DNA from: Thermodesulfobacteriota bacterium
GTDB lineage: Bacteria > Desulfobacterota > WTBG01 > JAGOGO01
DNA: 32,000 nucleotides
Reading direction: 5' to 3'
Assembly (NCBI GenBank): GCA_026625185.1
Contig: CP113000.1
Span: 1,305,622 to 1,337,621 of the forward strand
Under the pieces are notes generated by a model. The model was not told the DNA's origin. It worked only from the letters and a program-made list of their open reading frames with translations, and did no database searches. Below, piece after piece: positions 8,991 through 16,384 of this stretch. The stretch's first letter is position 1. Every line of letters begins with the position of its first letter. The position numbers and the translations under genes were made by a program.

Positions 8991-9237
8991 TCATGAAATT
9001 CTCTCCACCGATGTGAGATATTCTCCCAGCCCAGGGTGCCAGCCTGTGCCCGAACACGGCAGTAACTTTAGTATTGAGCGCCAATTGCCACAACCACTCT
9101 TCATCCAAAGCAAAAAAAGAATTTCGCAATTGGTTTCTTTCGCCGCTTCCTGGGTCAACAGATAAAAAAAGCGCCTTGAAAAGAAATTCTTCTTCACGTG
9201 ATGATTTTTTTCGTTTAAAAAACATCAGCTTTCCCAT
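8968..9237 (-). pseudogene. Probable N-terminal stub of a larger gene (tentatively the uncharacterised nucleotidyltransferase family common in polysaccharide loci)
   Basis: 89 aa. The pattern EEEFLFKALFL....LRNSFFALDEEWLWQLALNTKVTAVFGHRL resembles the N-terminus of roughly 350 aa proteins. The frame ends abruptly and overlaps the 8787-8990 fragment. Confidence 0.3.
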
Positions 9238-9320
9238 TCCCTTCCTTATTCAAAAACGCCACTCCTCAACACATTTTTTTACTCGCGGTTGGTTGCTAAT
9301 CCTAAAATCTGCAACCTGTT

Positions 9321-9365
9321 TTTGTCAAAATACCTCTTTGACAAAGAGCGATTATACATTATATG
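9321..9365 (+). promoter_or_regulatory. Promoter candidate with an overlapping 9/9 inverted repeat
   Basis: TTTGTCAAA-N7-TTTGACAAA spans 9321-9345. Its right arm supplies TTGACA (9338-9343), followed by a 16 nt spacer and TATATG (9360-9365). Confidence 0.35.
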
Positions 9366-9420
9366 TTCATAATGTAAAATCGGTAAATCTGAGAGAAAAA
9401 ATACAAAAACGAGTTAATTA

Positions 9421-9807
9421 TTGGAGGGAAAACCCGTTATTCCCGAATCGAAGCTTAACAAAGTAAAAAGCCCCGCCCATTCCAGCCACATTCCTCTGGC
9501 CAGCATTATTATTACGAGCTATAACTATGCAAAATTTCTTTCCAGGGCCATTGATAGCGGCTTTGGGCAGACCTACCCGGCAAAAGAAGTTATTGTCGTT
9601 GATTATTATCGGTACTGTGGTTCAATTAAAGGGTTTGCGAAACTGACCTTTAAAGTCCCTGCCCGATGTTTTTGCCGGGAAACCATCTGGTTTTCAATTA
9701 GAACACTTTGGTTAGGTTTAAACCTGGTTCTGGGGATTAAAAAAAAGCCACGACAAACTAAAAAAGCAATGGCAGTTAAAGAGACGCTGAGAAAACAGCA
9801 TTCTTAA
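9421..9807 (+). pseudogene. Family 2 glycosyltransferase, truncated or disrupted after the first about 60 codons
   Basis: ASIIITSYNYAKFLSRAIDSGFGQTYPAKEVIVVD is the GT2 N-terminus. The expected DDGSxD motif is replaced by YYRYCGS, and the remaining 65 codons show no GT2 features. Confidence 0.6.
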
Positions 9808-9814
9808 CACCTAC

Positions 9815-9852
9815 ATCGGTTTCTAAGGAGCTAACCGATTAATTGTTTTTTT
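9815..9852 (+). terminator. Terminator candidate
   Basis: ATCGGTT-N11-AACCGAT is a 7 bp stem followed by TAATTGTTTTTTT. Confidence 0.4.
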
Positions 9853-9862
9853 AAAAATTTAT

Positions 9863-10663
9863 TTGCCTATGTTTTTAGTTAAAAAAAATCGAATTAGAAA
9901 GACACTTCATTTTAATTACTTGGTCATTGCGCTTGTGCTCTTGCTCAATTTCATTCAGGCGGGTGACGGTACCGCTATAGAAGAGAAGTTCCCTCAGCCG
10001 ACCGGAGCGGTAAATGATTTTGCTTCCATTATTCCTCCTGATACAAAAACCGAAATGGAAGGCCTAAGCCGTGAGGTACTGGGAAAAACCGGAACCGCGC
10101 TAGTCGTGGCGACCTTTAAAACCATCGGTGAAAATGAGCCGGATCTTTACGCCAACGAGCTTTACGAAAAGTGGGGCATCGGCAAGAAGGGCGAGGACAA
10201 AGGGGTGCTCATTTTTCTTTTGCTGGATCAGCGCAAGGTGAGAATAGAAACCGGCTATGGGGTTGAAGGGATTCTACCTGACGGGCTCGTGGGGAATATC
10301 CTTGATGAACAGGTTATCCCTCTGCTCAAACAGGGCCAATACAGCCAAGGACTCTTAAACGCTATGATCACAGTGGGGCAAATCATTGCCAAAGATGCAG
10401 GGGTAACCATAGAAGGAGGCTACCAACCGGCCGCGGCTCCCTTGCATTCTGCCAGAAAAAAAAGGTCTGGAGATTTTTCGCCTTTTTTCCTAATTTTCTT
10501 TCTCGTTTTTTTTATCCTACCTCGCATCATGGGGAGGGGAGTTAGGAGATCATACTATGGGGGGAGCTTTGGTGGAGGATTCGGAGGTGGAGGGTTTAGT
10601 GGGGGGTTCGGTGGGTTTGGGGGAGGATTGAGTGGCGGCGGCGGGGCATCGCGTGGATTTTAA
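9863..10663 (+). CDS. TPM-domain protein (YgcG-like) with a TM segment and a glycine-rich tail
   Basis: 266 aa with a signal/TM region. AVNDFASII...ALVVATFKTIG...YANELYEKWGIGKKGEDKGVLIFLLLDQRKVRIETGYGVEG is the TPM phosphatase-like domain. The C-terminus is a TM segment followed by GGSFGGGFGGGGFSGGFGGFGGG. Confidence 0.85.
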   Translation: MPMFLVKKNRIRKTLHFNYLVIALVLLLNFIQAGDGTAIEEKFPQPTGAVNDFASIIPPDTKTEMEGLSREVLGKTGTALVVATFKTIGENEPDLYANELYEKWGIGKKGEDKGVLIFLLLDQRKVRIETGYGVEGILPDGLVGNILDEQVIPLLKQGQYSQGLLNAMITVGQIIAKDAGVTIEGGYQPAAAPLHSARKKRSGDFSPFFLIFFLVFFILPRIMGRGVRRSYYGGSFGGGFGGGGFSGGFGGFGGGLSGGGGASRGF

Positions 10664-10722
10664 TTTCGATTACCCTCAATGGCTCGGCACAGCTTGCCGG
10701 TGCTAATTTTGAAAGGAAAAAA

Positions 10723-11454
10723 ATGCCTAAAATACCAGCAAGACCACAAGATATTTTCGAGAGTTTTGTGAATGATTATCAAAAGACCTTTGGTTCTGAT
10801 CTCCTGAACGTTATCCTTTATGGAAGCGGAGCGCGAGGAGAATATATTCCTAAGAAGTCGGACATCAACTTCCTGATCATTCTTGCTGAAAACGGCATGC
10901 GCCTTCTCAGCAAAGCCATACCACTGGTTTCTCAATGGCACAAACAGCGAGTCAGCACTCCAATTTTCCTAACTCCAGCTTCTATTGCCTCTTCGTTGGA
11001 TACCTTTCCCATTGAGTTGCTTAATATAAAAGCGGCTTACACCGTGGTATACGGAGATGATTTCCTAAAAAATTTAACCTTTGATAAACGCTACCTGCGG
11101 CTTCAGTGTGAACGGGAGGTCAGGGGAAAGCTCGTACATCTGAGAAAACATTTTTTGGAAACCGGAGGAAACTGGCACAAGACCGAAGCGCTGATTGCTG
11201 CATCACTTCCCACTTTTTTCTCCCTCTTTCAGGCGATCATTTTCTTGAAGGATAAAGGACTGATTGCCGAAAGATATGCATTAGTAACAACAGTCGCCCG
11301 GGAGACAGGACTGAATCAAGACCTTTTTTTGGAACTTCTGACAATCAGGGAAGGACGGAAAAAGCTGGCTTCAAGCCTGGTAATTCCCCTCATGGAAAAA
11401 TATATTGGGGAGATACAAAAGCTTTCAAACTTTTTAGATCAATTGGAATTATGA
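10723..11454 (+). CDS. Pol-beta-superfamily nucleotidyltransferase-domain protein with a helical C-terminal domain
   Basis: 243 aa. LYGSGARGEYIPKKSDINFLII fits the NTase hG[GS]x9-13Dh[DE]h motif, but the second acidic residue is Asn (DIN). Confidence 0.7.
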   Translation: MPKIPARPQDIFESFVNDYQKTFGSDLLNVILYGSGARGEYIPKKSDINFLIILAENGMRLLSKAIPLVSQWHKQRVSTPIFLTPASIASSLDTFPIELLNIKAAYTVVYGDDFLKNLTFDKRYLRLQCEREVRGKLVHLRKHFLETGGNWHKTEALIAASLPTFFSLFQAIIFLKDKGLIAERYALVTTVARETGLNQDLFLELLTIREGRKKLASSLVIPLMEKYIGEIQKLSNFLDQLEL

Positions 11455-11489
11455 TAGAAACGCTTCGAAGGGTCAAAAAAACATCTTTT

Positions 11490-11507
11490 GGTAGCCGCAG
11501 GCCTTAG
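11490..11507. repeat. Half-copy of the short GC-rich REP-like motif GGTAGCCGCA..CCTTAG
   Basis: GGTAGCCGCAGGCCTTAG matches GGTAGCCGCATCCTTTTAG at 21984-22002, and inverted TGCGGCTAC at 22052-22060. All three copies are intergenic. Confidence 0.35.
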
Positions 11508-11548
11508 TATCTGTTATTTTTTTTTACTTAATAAGGGAGGGCTTATCC

Positions 11549-12115
11549 ATGAATGTAAAGAGCAAGAATAGTTTAGTGGTTATTATAATACTGTGGTGTT
11601 CCTTCATTTTTTCTGGGTGCAGTACTTATAACAACCTCGTGACGCTTGATGAAGGAGTTAAAGAAGCGTGGGCGCAGGTGGAGACTCAACTTCAGCGCCG
11701 CTACGACCTTATCCCGAATCTGGTGGAGACGGTAAAAGGATTTGCATCCCAGGAAAAAGAAGTCTTCATCAAAGTAACCGAAGCACGCTCTAAGGTTGCC
11801 GGAGCCGGGACCGTTCCGGAAAAAATTGAGGCAAATAATCAGCTCACGGCTGCTCTGAGCCGTCTTTTGGTCGTCGTTGAACGATACCCGGAGCTAAAAT
11901 CAAATCAAAATTTTATTCGTCTACAGGATGAGCTTGCGGGAACAGAAAACCGGATTGCGGTGGCGCGAAGACGATACAATGAAGTAGTCAAGACCTATAA
12001 TGTGGCGATACGAAGCTTCCCCTCCAACCTGATCGCCAACGCCTTCCACTTTGAAAAAGCTTCGTTCTTTGAGGCTCCGGGGGCAGTAGAAGAACCGCCG
12101 AAGGTGAAATTCTAA
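11549..12115 (+). CDS. lemA: LemA family protein
   Basis: 188 aa with a lipoprotein-like signal (FSGCS). YNNLVTLDEGVKEAWAQVETQLQRRYDLIPNLVETVKG...RYPELKSNQNF..LQDELAGTENRIAVARRRYNE is the canonical LemA sequence. A strong RBS (AAGGGAGGG) precedes it. Confidence 0.9.
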   Translation: MNVKSKNSLVVIIILWCSFIFSGCSTYNNLVTLDEGVKEAWAQVETQLQRRYDLIPNLVETVKGFASQEKEVFIKVTEARSKVAGAGTVPEKIEANNQLTAALSRLLVVVERYPELKSNQNFIRLQDELAGTENRIAVARRRYNEVVKTYNVAIRSFPSNLIANAFHFEKASFFEAPGAVEEPPKVKF

Positions 12116-12271
12116 CGCAGTGATAGCGCCGATCTTCTGAGTTTTACCGTGACGATGCTGAAATAATGTATTGGGCGGGTCTTTCACTTGATATAAGATC
12201 CGACACAGGTCCCCGCTTTGCTTAAATTTTTTGCCATAAATTATTTTATATACATCATGGTTATTGTGCGA

Positions 12272-12643
12272 TTATCTTTGCAGGGAATCTTCTTGAACTT
12301 TATTATCCTGAGGTTGAGATGTTTTTGTCTCTGGTTGCCCCACAAACTGAACTTTTTCTTTTCCTTTTAACATTTCAGGAGTAATGACATATGTGCCCCC
12401 TACCGAAGGAGTCCAAATTTTTTGGGCAGCATCCTGGTTGCCGCCCGTAAGCAGGAATCCTATTCCTCCGGTAAGCCCTCCAACACCAGCATAGACCAGT
12501 TTGGCGGGCGAATATACACACGTTGCTAAAACCGAGCCAACTCCGTAACCAACATTGCTCAGCGTGCCTTCTGCTTTGGCGTTGTAAGGGGTAAGTAGAA
12601 ACAAGGAAAGGATTATAGTAACAGCAGGGACAAATTTTTTCAT
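12272..12643 (-). CDS. Small secreted glycine-rich protein, function unknown
   Basis: 123 aa with an AAGGAGG RBS 7 nt upstream, a signal peptide (MKKFVPAVTIILSLFLLTPYNAKA), and G-rich hydrophobic stretches. Confidence 0.7.
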   Translation of the reverse strand: MKKFVPAVTIILSLFLLTPYNAKAEGTLSNVGYGVGSVLATCVYSPAKLVYAGVGGLTGGIGFLLTGGNQDAAQKIWTPSVGGTYVITPEMLKGKEKVQFVGQPETKTSQPQDNKVQEDSLQR

Positions 12644-12791
12644 AATGCAGCCTCCTTAAAAAATAAACTATTATTTTTTTTGCATATCTATCTTCAAAAG
12701 GCACGCTTTTATCGATCTCTCAACCGTGAGTGCTCTTTTAATTTTAGGGAAAAAGTTTGTTAGACGAGGCGGGATTGTTTGATTTGCGACA

Positions 12792-12980
12792 CTAACACCT
12801 TAACTTCATCTCCTTCCCGCAGCAGACTAAATCACACACATCAGTGCAACCGCAAATAGTATCTACCGACACCACCAATCCGCACTTTTCGCATACTAAT
12901 TTATCGTTTTTTTTAACTTTTTTATTTTCTGTCGTTTTTTTAGGAGCAGTTTTCTTAGTAATCTTTTTTTTAGTCGGCAA
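12792..12980 (-). CDS. Desulforedoxin-like small Cys-rich metal-binding protein with a lysine-rich N-terminal tail
   Basis: 62 aa with a TTG start, preceded by GGAGGGAGGTG at 7 nt. VCEKCGLVVSV...LVCCGKEMKL matches the desulforedoxin / Dfx N-terminal pattern (CxxCG.vV.v...L.CCG..M). Four additional Cys are present. The N-terminus is PTKKKITKKTAPKKTTENKKVKKNDK. Confidence 0.65.
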   Translation of the reverse strand: MPTKKKITKKTAPKKTTENKKVKKNDKLVCEKCGLVVSVDTICGCTDVCDLVCCGKEMKLRC

Positions 12981-13180
12981 GAATAATCACCTCCCTCCGT
13001 TTCAATTTATTCTCTGCACCCGCTTCGCCTAACATTCACATTATAACGAATTTTTTCCCGGAGTGGAATTTTTTTCTTCTTTTTTTATAAATACGGCCCG
13101 GATTATATCAAAAAGTTTTACTTATTGAATCAGCGATGCTTCATAGTGTATGATAATTTTTTTTAGAAAAGTTTTATAGT

Positions 13181-15646
13181 ATGGAAAAACCCCTTATTGC
13201 TGAAGTTGTTCTGGCGTTACCCCTCCATAAGAGCCTTGATTATCAGGTTCCTCCCCATTTGCGTGATGTGGTTGCAGTGGGAAGCAGAGTACTCGTCCCC
13301 TTAGAACGAAGAAAGGTAACCGGCTATGTCGTGGCAGTAAAAGATTCATCGGAGATTGAAAATATTAAGCCCATTGAAGAAGTCCTTGACCTCCTGCCTT
13401 TGTTTGGCCCGTCTGACCTTATCTTTTTTAAATGGATTTCCTACTATTATTTTTCTCCGTTAGGAGAAGTGATTAAAACCGCCCTTCCTTCCGGGATCAA
13501 TGTAAAAACAAATCACTACCTTTCCATAACCCTTCAGGGGAAAGAACACTTGCAGGATTCAACCCTTTCACCGGGGGAGAAAGAAATTTTATCCGGTTTG
13601 GCTGAAAGGCACAAGGTCGGCCTTCAAACCTTTAAAAGAACCCTAAAAGATAAAAAGGCTTTTTCTTTGCTTTTCTTGTTGATCAAAAATGGTCTCATCT
13701 CCCTGAGCCAGTCCCGGGGTTCTCGAATCGTAAAACCGAGAGAGGAAATTTTTTTCCGGGTTAATGAGGATCAAGTATCTCAGTTTTCTTTTTCCGGTTT
13801 GAAGCAGATGCTCAAAAAGGCCCCCCGACAGCTCCAGGTCCTTAAACTCCTCCGCGACCAGGGAGAGTTAAGTCAAAAGCAGATTTCTGCTTTGCGGGGA
13901 ATAGGGAACGTTGTTTTAAAAGCCTTGGAAGAAAAGGGCCTGATCACGAGTTCTTTTAAAGAGGTGTACCGGGCGCCCTGGGAAGAAGAGGAAAAGGGCA
14001 TTGATTCTTCTTTTGATTTAACCGCTGAACAAACCGAGGCAGTAAACAAAATCGTCTCTACCATCAAAAAACAGCAATACGCTCCTTTTCTGCTTCACGG
14101 GGTAACCGGAAGCGGCAAGACCGAAGTCTATCTGAGGACAGTCAGAGCTACCTTGGAGGCAGGCAGAGGGGCGCTGGTGCTGGTCCCGGAAATTGCTTTA
14201 ACATCACAGTTAATTGCTCGGTTTAAAGCTCAATTCGGGAATCAGATCGCCCAACTTCACAGCGGGCTTTCGCAGGGAGAGCGTTTTGATGAATGGAGAA
14301 GGATACTCAAGGGAGAGGCGCGCATAGTAATCGGAGCCCGCTCCGCTATCTTTGCGCCCTTGCCGTCACTGGGAATAATTGTAGTTGATGAAGAGCACGA
14401 TACTGCCTATAAGCAGGAAGACCGGGTACTGTATAATGCCCGGGACATGGCCCTGGTTAAAGCCAAAATGAATAATGCGGTCGTTGTGCTCGGCTCGGCT
14501 ACTCCGGCTATCGAGACCTATCACAATACGAGGATCGGAAAAATAAATTACCTGCACCTTTCTCAGAGGATTAATAGCCGCCCTTTTCCTCAGGTAGAAG
14601 TCATTGATATACGTAAAGAGGAACCCGGGGTCATGTTATCCTCGCGGCTTAAAGAAGCGATAAAGGAACGCTGGAGGCGGGGAGAACAGACCGTGCTCTT
14701 TCTTAACCGCCGTGGCTTTTCCCCTTTTGTGATCTGCCGGGAATGCGGGTTTACTGCCCGCTGTCCTAACTGCACGGTCTCGTTAGTCTTCCATCAAGAA
14801 AAACGACTGCTGCTCTGCCACTATTGCAATTTTTCTCAGCCTGCTCCCGAACGCTGCCCCCACTGTCAGGGACAGAAGATAGGGGTTTTGGGGTTTGGCA
14901 CGGAAAGGCTGGAGGCTGAAGTTCGCCGGCTTTTTCAGGATTTAAAAGTGGGAAGACTTGACCGGGATACCATTGCGAAAAAAAATTCACTTCAGCAGAT
15001 ATTAAAGCAGTTTAGAAAAGGGGAGACTGAACTTCTGGTCGGCACGCAAATTGTGGCTAAAGGCCATGATATCCCCGGAGTTACGCTGGTAGGAGTGATT
15101 GCCGCTGATCATTCTTTAAACTTTCCTGATTTCCGGGCCGGAGAAAGAACCTTCCAACTGCTTACTCAGGTAGCTGGCCGCTGCGGCCGTGGTCAAAGAC
15201 CGGGAGTGGTCATCATCCAAACCTATAATCCTGAGCATCCGAGCATCAGACTGGCCATGAGCCAGAACTTTTTCCCTTTTTACGAACAGGAAGTTTCCCA
15301 GCGTGATGAGCTTCAATACCCTCCTTTTCACCGGATGATAAACCTCCGGATCAAAGGCAACAACCTTTCCCGTACTCTTGAAGGTGCAACCCGGTTGGGA
15401 AAATTAAGCCAGGAGCTTAAGAAAAAAGAGAAAATTTTTAAGGATGCCGTCATCGATATCCTCGGACCAGTAGAAGCGCCCCGGGAAAAGTTGAAGGGCA
15501 AATACCGGTTTCAGATGCTCATCAAAGGCCCGGATTATCGGATACTACATGCTTTTACCGAAAGGATAATCACCAGGATTATCCCTAACCTTAAGATCCC
15601 AGGAGTGAAGATTACCGTGGATGTAGACCCGATCGACTTACTATGA
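13181..15646 (+). CDS. priA: Primosomal protein N' (replication restart helicase PriA)
   Basis: 821 aa with Walker A (GVTGSGKTEVY), DEEHD, the Cys-rich zinc region (CRECGFTARCPNCTVSLVFH...CHYCNF...CPHCQG), and helicase C motifs (TQIVAKGHD, QVAGRCGR). Confidence 0.92.
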   Translation: MEKPLIAEVVLALPLHKSLDYQVPPHLRDVVAVGSRVLVPLERRKVTGYVVAVKDSSEIENIKPIEEVLDLLPLFGPSDLIFFKWISYYYFSPLGEVIKTALPSGINVKTNHYLSITLQGKEHLQDSTLSPGEKEILSGLAERHKVGLQTFKRTLKDKKAFSLLFLLIKNGLISLSQSRGSRIVKPREEIFFRVNEDQVSQFSFSGLKQMLKKAPRQLQVLKLLRDQGELSQKQISALRGIGNVVLKALEEKGLITSSFKEVYRAPWEEEEKGIDSSFDLTAEQTEAVNKIVSTIKKQQYAPFLLHGVTGSGKTEVYLRTVRATLEAGRGALVLVPEIALTSQLIARFKAQFGNQIAQLHSGLSQGERFDEWRRILKGEARIVIGARSAIFAPLPSLGIIVVDEEHDTAYKQEDRVLYNARDMALVKAKMNNAVVVLGSATPAIETYHNTRIGKINYLHLSQRINSRPFPQVEVIDIRKEEPGVMLSSRLKEAIKERWRRGEQTVLFLNRRGFSPFVICRECGFTARCPNCTVSLVFHQEKRLLLCHYCNFSQPAPERCPHCQGQKIGVLGFGTERLEAEVRRLFQDLKVGRLDRDTIAKKNSLQQILKQFRKGETELLVGTQIVAKGHDIPGVTLVGVIAADHSLNFPDFRAGERTFQLLTQVAGRCGRGQRPGVVIIQTYNPEHPSIRLAMSQNFFPFYEQEVSQRDELQYPPFHRMINLRIKGNNLSRTLEGATRLGKLSQELKKKEKIFKDAVIDILGPVEAPREKLKGKYRFQMLIKGPDYRILHAFTERIITRIIPNLKIPGVKITVDVDPIDLL

Positions 15647-15844
15647 TTACTTGGTTGCTGCATTCCTGTCCAAATCTATCAAAGAACGTATTTTTCAGGA
15701 CGAACTCATTAATATTTTTTAACATTTTAATTTTAAAGTTTTTTTATTATTTAAATCGGGTTAATTAGCGCTTTATATTGCCCTCTATTCAACACAACTT
15801 AAGAACATTTAAGAAAAATTTTTTAATTAATTGATTAAAAAATA

Positions 15845-15873
15845 TTGACATAGATTTTTTAGGCATCTATAGT
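15845..15873 (+). promoter_or_regulatory. Near-consensus sigma70 promoter with an A/T-rich UP-like element and no ORF behind it
   Basis: TTGACA (15845-15850), a 17 nt spacer, then TATAGT (15868-15873). It is preceded by AAAAATTTTTTAATTAATTGATTAAAAAATA. The next credible start codon is at 16385. Confidence 0.5.
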
Positions 15874-15977
15874 GTTGTTTTCAAAGCAGGAGGCAAGAGC
15901 AGGGACTAAACATTTTTGAATTGCCCTTGCGGATTTTTTTGCATGAAAGCACAGGAAGTAGTCCTTTTCGGCCAGGC

Positions 15978-16045
15978 AACCTTATAAAAGGTTTCCCTTG
16001 TAGCATTGCTCAACCCCCTTATTAATTTTTAACCTATTAAAAGGT
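15978..16045. promoter_or_regulatory. Two similar short palindromes (AACCT-N5/6-AAGGT)
   Basis: AACCTTATAAAAGGTT (15978-15993) and AACCTATTAAAAGGT (16031-16045) lie 53 bp apart. Confidence 0.3.
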
Positions 16046-16196
16046 GCAGACCTTACTACATTGAGGTTGATATCGCCTGGTATGAAATGTGGGGAAAATA
16101 TAACCTTCCGCTGCTGAGAATTTTCATCCCCATGGCGGTGCGTCGGTGTCTGGGGATAACCAGCGGTCATTTTTAGATGGGATCATAAAAAGAGAG

Positions 16197-16246
16197 GATA
16201 AAGGAAAAAAATTTTCCAAAGTGGAAATTTTTTTTTCCCCTTTATC
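16197..16246. promoter_or_regulatory. 50 bp imperfect palindrome, candidate enhancer (UAS) or architectural-protein site
   Basis: The sequence is GATAAAGGAAAAAAATTTTCC-AAAGT-GGAAATTTTTTTTTCCCCTTTATC. The outer arms GATAAAGG/CCTTTATC are perfect. It is centred about 95 bp upstream of the sigma54 candidate. A second palindrome, TCGAAAAAAATTCGA, lies at 16266-16280. Confidence 0.4.
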
Positions 16247-16310
16247 GTGTGTTTTCAGCTTGTAGTCGAAAAAAATTCGAAATATCAGTATGTTATACTT
16301 TATGTTTATC

Positions 16311-16326
16311 TGGCATGGCTTTTGTA
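16311..16326 (+). promoter_or_regulatory. Sigma54 (-24/-12) promoter candidate
   Basis: TGGCAT-GGCTT-TTGTA compares with the consensus TGGCAC-N5-TTGCW. The spacing is exact, with one mismatch in each element. It lies 59 nt upstream of the thiolase ATG. Confidence 0.4.
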
Positions 16327-16384
16327 AGTATTCTATGCCAGGAAAAAAAATATTAGCGTCTTATAAAGAAAGGAGCCTTTAGCT

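Noticed and set aside
9074-9466. 130 aa plus-strand ORF
   Set aside because: It runs antisense through the 8968-9237 fragment and across a promoter-like spacer. It is low-complexity, with no RBS or motif.
15982-16170. 62 aa minus-strand ORF in the thiolase upstream region
   Set aside because: It has no RBS, its composition is unlike neighbouring genes, and it sits in a region dominated by palindromes and promoter signals. I treat the region as non-coding.
15870-16200. Assignment of the promoter-proximal RNA to 6S, SRP, RNase P or tmRNA
   Set aside because: I could not find the SRP GGAA/AGCA helix 8 signature, RNase P conserved regions, a tmRNA tRNA-like end, or a convincing 6S closing stem. 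Only weak 5'/3' complementarity was found (CAAAGCAGGAGG against CCTTCCGCTGCTGAG).
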